Shown: one piece after another, positions 57,708 to 64,000 of the stretch | Numbering within the stretch: position 1 is the stretch's first letter | How the letters are laid out: each line of letters opens with the position of its first letter | Position numbers and translations under genes: made by a program | NCBI GenBank assembly: GCA_965199825.1 | Contig: OZ241329.1 | Location: 96,001 to 160,000, forward strand | Direction: 5' to 3' | Length of the DNA: 64,000 bases | Origin: Bdellovibrionales bacterium | Lineage (GTDB): Bacteria; Bdellovibrionota; Bdellovibrionia; Bdellovibrionales; UBA1609 | The notes under the pieces: generated by a model | The model's database searches: none | Told to the model about the DNA's origin: nothing | The model's input: only the letters and a program-made list of their open reading frames with translations

Positions 57708-58835
57708 TATTTTTCGACCTGACCGAGAGCTTGGCTTTTAAGATAAGCCTCAATAAAGGGATCAAGTTTGCCGTCTAAAACCGATTGAGGATTTCCAGAT
57801 TCAAAAGAGGTGCGGTGATCTTTTACCATCTGGTAGGGATGAAGCACGTACGAGCGAATTTGACTTCCCCATTCGTTGGCCATTTTACCGCTCTCTTGAA
57901 CTTCTTTTTCTTTTTTGCGTTTTTCGATTTCGGCTTCGTACAAGGCGGCTTTCAGCATCTTCATCGCTTTGTCGCGGTTGGAATGCTGAGATCTTTGATT
58001 TTGACATTGAACCACAATGCCAGAGGGCATGTGGGTGATGCGCACCGCAGATTCGGTTTTGTTCACGTGCTGGCCACCCGCTCCGCTTGAACGATAGGTA
58101 TCTATTTTTAAATCTTCATCACGAATTTCGATTTCGATATCATCATCAACTTCGGGCCACGCATACACCGAAGCAAAGCTGGTGTGGCGTCTGGCGTTGG
58201 AATCGAAAGGCGAAATTCTCACCAAGCGATGAACACCCGTTTCGGCTTTAAGATTTCCAAACGCAAAGGCACCTTCAACCAGCATCGTGACCGATTTGAT
58301 TCCGGCTTCTTCAGCTTCTGAGATCGCCAAGATTTCGGTGCGATAGCCATGACTTTCGGCATAACGCAAAAACATGCGCATTAAGATCGAGGCCCAATCG
58401 CAAGCTTCGGTGCCACCGGCTCCTGAGTTGATTGAGAGATAGCTTGAGCACCCGTCTAACTCGCCATTGAGCAAACTTTTAAGCTCGAGATCGGCGGCTT
58501 TGACAGTGGCATCTTCAAGTTCGGTTTTGACATCCTTAAAGGTCGATTCGTCATCGGCTTCGACCGCCATATCTAAGAGGACTGCGGCATCATCCATTTG
58601 CTGATTGAGATTTTTGTAATCGGCGACTTGCCTTTCGAGTAAGGCCTTTTCGCGATTGAGCTTGTTCATCTCTTTATGATTGTTCCAGATCTCTGGATTT
58701 TGCGACTGGCTCTCTAGTTCTTCGAGCCGCTTGGTTTTGATATCGATGTCAAAGATACCTCCGCAGTTCGACAGATTTATCTTTGAGCTCTTGGAGCGAG
58801 CGCTTCACATCAGAAAGTTCGGTGGTCATTGCCAT
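57707..58835 (-). CDS. prfB: Peptide chain release factor 2 with a programmed +1 frameshift
   Basis: 28-codon ORF0 (MAMTTEL...LRRYL) ends at CTT-TGA-C (58754-58748); the +1 frame continues for 348 codons including the stop and contains SPF and GGQ. Confidence 0.97.
58748..58762 (-). promoter_or_regulatory. prfB +1 frameshift signal (internal Shine-Dalgarno plus slippery stop)
   Basis: Minus strand GGAGG-TAT-CTT-TGA-C. Confidence 0.95.
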
Positions 58836-59300
58836 TGCAATGATCTATCAGGATTATGCGGATATTTCAAATAGTCTCGTTTTTAAAAGTCGCTCGAAAC
58901 GAATCGGTCTTCTAGAAACACTTAAGGTTGATTTTACCATCGACGCCAAGTTGCTTCTGAAAATGCATCGGCCGGAATAATTATGAACTGGTACAGTCAA
59001 TTTGGAAATCAAGATTGAAAGCATAACTCCGTTTAATGAGATTCTGCGAGCCGCTTCAATCAGCAAATGTTCTTGATTGCGAATTAATATCTGACAAATA
59101 AATTCTGTAAACTTAATCTGTTAACTGAAACGTTCGAATGGTGTTTAATCTTGTACTCGACGATACAAACATTTTCGTCTGTTATCTCAAATTGAAAGCT
59201 CGAAGTTGCAGGATTTCAAGCCAGTAATGAGCGAAGCAATCGCAATCTAATTAATCCTTCGATGTCCTGAATCTAGTTTTATTGAAGATTGTGATATAAA

Positions 59301-59766
59301 AAATGACATTGCTGCAGCACGTGGGGGCCGCTCAGTCTTAAGAACGAAGTGCAACTTTATTTGTTTACAAAAAAATATGACAAGGTCCCAGTCGAGCCGA
59401 TCAAGGTTGAGTAGGATGCAACGCCCTTGTTTGGTAAAAAAAATTTGCACCGAATCGTGCTTGCTAACGTTTGTTGTCTCTAATCAGATTTAAGAACGAA
59501 GTGAGCATGATTATTTGATCAAATAAATGACATTGCCCCACCACGTGGGGGCCGCTCAGCCTTAAGAAAGAAGTACAACTTTATTTGTTTACAAAAAAAT
59601 ATGACATGGTCCCATCCGAGCCGATCAAGGTTGAGTATGATGCAAAGCCCTTTCTTTGGTAAAACAAAATTGCACCGAATCGTGCTTGCTCAGAGTTGTC
59701 GTCACTACGCAGATTTAAGAACGAAGTGAGCATGATTGTTTGATCAAATAAATGACATTGCCCACC
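59301..59766. repeat. Tandem ~224-bp duplication (2 copies plus a partial third), each copy made of three related 69-84 bp subunits
   Basis: AAATGACATTGC at 59301, 59525 and 59750. Subunit starts TT(A/G)AG at 59338, 59407, 59490, 59562, 59631 and 59715. About 24 differences between the two copies by manual count. Confidence 0.92.
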
Positions 59767-59807
59767 ATTTTTAAATCAAAAACCTTATTAATAAATATCG
59801 GTTTTAA

Positions 59808-59836
59808 TTGCATTTTGTTATATATAAATATAGTTT
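59808..59836 (+). promoter_or_regulatory. Putative sigma70 promoter giving a leaderless transcript of the Y1 gene
   Basis: TTGCAT-17 nt-TAGTTT, then 6 nt to ATG 59843; no Shine-Dalgarno sequence. Confidence 0.45.
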
Positions 59837-59842
59837 ATAAGA

Positions 59843-60382
59843 ATGAAACAGCTTTTACTCTTTCCTATTTCAAATTCAAAAACTTACGGCGGCGAAATGA
59901 GTGGTCGTCGAAAAACAATGCGGCCCTTAGACAAGAAGTGTTTGCATCACGTGATCTTAAAATCGCAACATGCCAAGGGCGAAAAAAGTTTCAAAAAATT
60001 TGACATGCAGATGAAATATAAAAATTTAATTTATTCTAAAGCCAAGAAATATGGAGTGCGGATTGCGGCATATGCTAATGTGGGTAACCATTTTCACCTG
60101 CTTATTAGATTTCAGGATCGCAATCTCATCAAAACTTTTTTTAGAGTCGTTGCGGGAGTGATTGCACGGCTTGCGATCGGCGCACAAAAAGGAAAAAGGT
60201 TTGGCAGATTTTGGGATTCGGTGCTCTTCACGCGCATCGTTAGCAAAGGTCGCGATGAGATCCGCATGTTTGATTATTTAGAAGCTAATTTAATTCAGGC
60301 GCATTTTGGAAAAGCGGCTCGCAAACATTTTGAATCTATCTGCAAAGAGTATTGGGAGGAGCTCTATAAAAAGCCTTTATGA
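59843..60382 (+). CDS. Y1/HUH transposase-like protein (IS200 TnpA / RAYT superfamily)
   Basis: HHVILKS, ANVGNHFHLLI (HUH), RFWD..FTRIV, DYLEAN (candidate catalytic Tyr in a YxxxN helix). Confidence 0.85.
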   Translation: MKQLLLFPISNSKTYGGEMSGRRKTMRPLDKKCLHHVILKSQHAKGEKSFKKFDMQMKYKNLIYSKAKKYGVRIAAYANVGNHFHLLIRFQDRNLIKTFFRVVAGVIARLAIGAQKGKRFGRFWDSVLFTRIVSKGRDEIRMFDYLEANLIQAHFGKAARKHFESICKEYWEELYKKPL

Positions 60383-60755
60383 TACCAACGTTTCACTATT
60401 CAATTCCCACCCTAGCGGTTCAAAAATCCTGCTGATTTATCTTTATGTTGAATATGAGAAGTGTGAATGAGGAGTTAAAAAATTAACCATCTTGCTTAAA
60501 ACTGGCTTCAGGCCGGATTTCGGTTTCTTCATTTAATAAAATCAAAAAGGCCTCAGCGATTTTTCAGTCATCTCTGATTTGGCAAATCGACAAAAGGCAC
60601 CCTATTCATCATCGGTTAATCAAAAACAAATTTGAGTTAAAGGAAGTACAGTTTCAAAATTCCGTTATCGACTTATAGGTAAGGCAAGGGTGATGCCAGC
60701 ATTAGAAAAGTTTCGAGCTTTATTACCGGTCCTTTAGGGGCTTTAAAAAGGATCA

Positions 60756-60788
60756 AAAGTATCCTCGCTATCGCCGAGCAGGACTTTT
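60756..60788 (-). terminator. Imperfect hairpin directly after the ybeY stop
   Basis: Minus strand AGTCCTGCT-cggcgat-AGCgAGGAtACT followed by TTT. Confidence 0.3.
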
Positions 60789-61217
60789 CTACTCTCGCTT
60801 CATACCTGCTAAGGCTTCATCGAAAACTCGATCTTGCAGTTCAAACATTTCAGTCGCTGCCGCTTCATCTTGTTCATGATCATAGCCGAGCAAATGCAAA
60901 ATTCCATGAAGACACATGTAGGCCACCTCATCGCGAAAACTGAACTCAATTTCTTTGGCTTGCTTTTGCAAAACTTCGGGGCACATTAAAAGTTCACCCA
61001 AATATTTAGGCTCAGCCGCAGGAAAACTTAATACATCAGTAGCATAGTCGCGCCCCCGAAACTGGAGGTTGATCGAACGGGCTTCGCGATGATCAACGAA
61101 AACCAAAATCAACGGCTTAAGTTTGCGGCTCAATAATTTTTCGCAACGATTTAAAAACTTCTCAAGGTAGACTCGCGGCACTCGAACGGAAGATCGATTG
61201 ATGATTTCGATCTTCAT
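60789..61217 (-). CDS. ybeY: rRNA maturation endoribonuclease YbeY
   Basis: NLQFRGRDYATDVLSF, HGILHLLGYDH. Confidence 0.96.
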   Translation of the reverse strand: MKIEIINRSSVRVPRVYLEKFLNRCEKLLSRKLKPLILVFVDHREARSINLQFRGRDYATDVLSFPAAEPKYLGELLMCPEVLQKQAKEIEFSFRDEVAYMCLHGILHLLGYDHEQDEAAATEMFELQDRVFDEALAGMKRE

Positions 61218-63658
61218 CCGGGGCGCTGAGATTTGCGGGCTTTTCCGCCGAGCACTTTGGCAAGAGGTTGGGAGGCTCTGGCGATTTGAGATTTTGGATA
61301 ATCAATGCGGTGATGGTATACGCCCAACAAAATTCGTTTAAAGGCATGTTCGATGACCGAGAGATCTTTAAGGGTCAGATTGCACTCTTCAAGCTGCCCA
61401 TCCAAAAACTTAGTCTGAATAATATTTTTAACAATATTTTGCAGGCGCGCAGGTGTGGGCTCATCGAGCGATCGGGCTGCGGCCTCAATACTATCGGCAA
61501 GCATCACAAGAGCGGCCTCACGAAATTGCGGCTTGGGACCTGGGTAACGAAAATCATCTTCTTCTACCGTATCGATATCTTCGTCTTGCTCTTCGAGAGC
61601 TTTATTATAAAAATAAGAAATCATGGTTGTGCCATGATGCTGAAGAATCCCGTCGATAATGGGTTGGCCCAATTTGTGTTGCAGCCCCATCTCTGCGCCA
61701 TCTTTCACATGGGCAATCAAAATGGTTTTGCTCATGTAAGGTGAAATTTGATCGTGAGGATTAAACCCGGGCCGTTGATTTTCGATAAAATATTGTGAGT
61801 GCTCCATCTTGCCGATGTCGTGATAATAAGCCATCACTTTTCCGAGCAAAGGATTTGCACCAATTTCGGTTGCGGCAGATTCAACCATCGAGCCCACTAC
61901 CAAAGAGTGATGATAAGTTCCAGGTGCCTTGACGATCATCTTTTGCATCAACGGATGATTCAAACTCGCAAGCTCGAGCAGCTTTACATCGGTTGTGTAA
62001 TTAAAAGATGATTCAAGTAGCGGAATCAGCATCATCGCAATTAAACTCGAAAAAATCCCTGAAACCAATCCTGCTGGAACATTCCAAATCAGCAGATGAA
62101 GCAATTCGCGATCGCCCAACTTTTGCATCAATATTAAAAACGCAACGGCGCCCGCAGCTACTAATCCTGAACGAATGCCCGCCCAATAAATTCCATTGCG
62201 GGTGCGGCATCCATAAACTCCGCGAGCCGCAGCGATTCCGCTAATCATGGTCACCAGCAAAAATGGAAAATTCATATCAACCATAACTGCTAAAACCATG
62301 GATAAAAATGCGGTAAACAACCACACCACTTCGCCCGACACAATCAAGAGGCCCACAAGCATGGGGCCCGAAGCCACGGGTGCCGCAATCAAAAAGACAG
62401 TGGACGGAATGGCACTGCCAAATCGCGAGATAAAGGCGGCATCCGTCATAAACAAGAAAAATTTAAGGAGCAAAACCACAAACAGTGTGACAAGTCCCAT
62501 GACAGAGAGATCTTTTAAACAGACTTTGACTTTGTTGGTTGTAAATCTGCGGGTGTAGGAAAAAAACACGAGCACCAAAAGCACAAATAAAAATGATCCG
62601 ATCAGAGCCACCAAGATCGATCGGCGATCGGCCTTCATGCTTAAAATATCATCGAGAATCATGATGTGGACCGGCTGAATCACCGAGCCCGCATTCACAA
62701 TAGTCTGATTTTTTTTAATCGAAAGTTGTACCGGCAATACCGATTGGCGCGCGCTTTTGCGACGATCAGTTGTTTCTTTTTGATTGTAAGTGAGATCCGG
62801 AGTTAAAAATTCGCGCGAAAAATTCTGTAAGCCCTGTTGATCGCGTGCATTGAGTTGTTCAAAACCATGTACCACCGGCACTTTGACCGAAGCGGGATCA
62901 TGAACAAACAAAACTTCTTTGGCGAGCACACGGGTTTCTTGAACACGACTGTCGTTGGAACGAATCACAAGTTCTGAATCAGGATTGGGCAGCTGAACTT
63001 TACCGCCTTCAAAAGTTTTGAGAGCATGCCAGGCCACCAGGACTCGGACCACCAAGTTTTCGATATGCGCACTAAACTTTTTCTCGACCAACCACTCATA
63101 ACTGCGATCAGAAATTGAGGCGCCCAAGATCTTTTCAAATTGAGGCTTGGTGGATAAAAATTCTTTTACCGCTTCTTCGCGCGCGTTTTCTTCTGACGGC
63201 CAAACCGAAGCTTTGACAAGATTTCGCATAAACCGAAATCCTTTGTACACTCCTGCAAGTTGATTTTCGAATGCCTCAGAATTGTAATCAAAAACGGGAG
63301 GAATACTGACTTCGGCTTCACGACGTTTTTCTTCGGTGGCGATATCATCCACAATTTGAAGATTGACCGGTGATTTGATGTCGCTTGCGGCAACATCGCC
63401 GACTTTATAGGAATAAGGAACTTCAAAGTCAGAAAATATGACCAGCGAAAGAGTCAGGCAAAATAAAAAAAGAAGGGCCACCCATCGCAATTGATAGCGA
63501 ACCTCCAGGCGTGCAGCGAGCTGACCAAACCATGTTTTTTCAAATCCTAAATTTTGAACGAAGTCATGAAAGTGGTGCGACGGATCCATATATTTGGATC
63601 GCAAATGAATTGCTGTACCGCTGTTTTTTCTGCGCCACTTCTTAATTAGTTTCATCAT
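61214..63658 (-). CDS. 7TM-HD phosphohydrolase (PgpH/YqfF-like, candidate cyclic dinucleotide phosphodiesterase)
   Basis: Large extracytoplasmic domain, ~7 TM segments, APGTYHHS, YYHDIGK, HHGT, FRYPGPKP, MLADSIEAA; adjacent to ybeY. Confidence 0.9.
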   Translation of the reverse strand: MMKLIKKWRRKNSGTAIHLRSKYMDPSHHFHDFVQNLGFEKTWFGQLAARLEVRYQLRWVALLFLFCLTLSLVIFSDFEVPYSYKVGDVAASDIKSPVNLQIVDDIATEEKRREAEVSIPPVFDYNSEAFENQLAGVYKGFRFMRNLVKASVWPSEENAREEAVKEFLSTKPQFEKILGASISDRSYEWLVEKKFSAHIENLVVRVLVAWHALKTFEGGKVQLPNPDSELVIRSNDSRVQETRVLAKEVLFVHDPASVKVPVVHGFEQLNARDQQGLQNFSREFLTPDLTYNQKETTDRRKSARQSVLPVQLSIKKNQTIVNAGSVIQPVHIMILDDILSMKADRRSILVALIGSFLFVLLVLVFFSYTRRFTTNKVKVCLKDLSVMGLVTLFVVLLLKFFLFMTDAAFISRFGSAIPSTVFLIAAPVASGPMLVGLLIVSGEVVWLFTAFLSMVLAVMVDMNFPFLLVTMISGIAAARGVYGCRTRNGIYWAGIRSGLVAAGAVAFLILMQKLGDRELLHLLIWNVPAGLVSGIFSSLIAMMLIPLLESSFNYTTDVKLLELASLNHPLMQKMIVKAPGTYHHSLVVGSMVESAATEIGANPLLGKVMAYYHDIGKMEHSQYFIENQRPGFNPHDQISPYMSKTILIAHVKDGAEMGLQHKLGQPIIDGILQHHGTTMISYFYNKALEEQDEDIDTVEEDDFRYPGPKPQFREAALVMLADSIEAAARSLDEPTPARLQNIVKNIIQTKFLDGQLEECNLTLKDLSVIEHAFKRILLGVYHHRIDYPKSQIARASQPLAKVLGGKARKSQRPG

Positions 63659-63755
63659 GTCTCTTGTTACTATTTTTGGGCATTTCGGTTAAAAGAGCGA
63701 AGGTTCTTATTGCCCATCAGGCCTTCCTAGACAAAAGAAAAGGGAAAAATAAACC

Positions 63756-64000
63756 ATGTCCACACCACCAGAAAACTTAAATGAGTTTAGCGCACTCTTA
63801 GAGGTAGTTGCAACACTTCGTGCGCCAGAAGGCTGCCCGTGGGACCGAGAGCAAACTCATCAGACTTTAACCCGGTATGCTCTGGAAGAAGCCGCAGAAC
63901 TTGTCGAGGCCATCGATCGAAAAGATGACCTCGCCCTGTGCGATGAATTGGGGGATGTTTTGCTGCAAGTGTTGCTACACGCCCAAATCGCCAAAGAGCG
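63756..64000 (+). CDS. mazG: Nucleoside triphosphate pyrophosphohydrolase MazG, 5' part (runs off the window end)
   Basis: Manual translation: LRAPEGCPWDREQTH...LEEAAELVEAI...ELGDVLLQVLLHAQIA. Confidence 0.95.
   Translation, partial: MSTPPENLNEFSALLEVVATLRAPEGCPWDREQTHQTLTRYALEEAAELVEAIDRKDDLALCDELGDVLLQVLLHAQIAKE

Noticed and set aside
58840..59300. Pseudogene or small ORFs (58783-58980 plus, 58854-59066 minus)
   Set aside because: Short frames on both strands with no recognisable motif or ribosome-binding site; a decayed gene cannot be supported without a search.
59247..59450. 67-aa minus-strand ORF over the repeat array
   Set aside because: Its IFFxKQ repeats just mirror the DNA repeat; the 224-bp period and the 83-bp subunit spacing are not multiples of three, so no frame is maintained.
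59301..59766. CRISPR array
   Set aside because: Units are too divergent from one another, linkers recur in an ABC-ABC pattern rather than being unique, and no cas genes are in the window.
60500..60530. SRP RNA-like TCAGGCCGGA stretch
   Set aside because: No AGCAG partner strand and no long enclosing hairpin.

Overview
Compact, gene-dense bacterial chromosome segment. It is most likely from a Bdellovibrionota-like organism; this is inferred from gene content and order, not from a database search. Core blocks: gap-pgk-tpiA; tmk-holB-tatD with a divergent secG; a GldA/F/G-type ABC cluster; ribF-aroE-like-pilB-pilT-pilC-pilS-pilR (no pilA); a CHASE2 kinase/sigma54 regulator pair; two GT9 heptosyltransferases; a long envelope operon prfB(+1 frameshift)-lolC/E-lolD-bamA-skp-fabZ-lpxA-gnnA-like-lpxB-lpxK-lpxL; and 7TM-HD-ybeY with a divergent mazG. 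Two accessory regions stand out. (i) About 17.9-32.4 kb, around a tRNA-Arg(CCT): many signal-peptide orphan proteins that share a lone C-x3-L motif, and a 119-nt highly base-paired element overlapping the tRNA 3' end. (ii) A ~1.9-kb AT-rich segment between ybeY and prfB: a solo Y1/HUH transposase-like gene with an N-terminal clamp-binding-like motif, preceded by a hierarchical repeat array (2 x ~224 bp, each made of three related 69-84 bp palindrome-centred subunits). All calls rest on motif recognition and manual alignment only.
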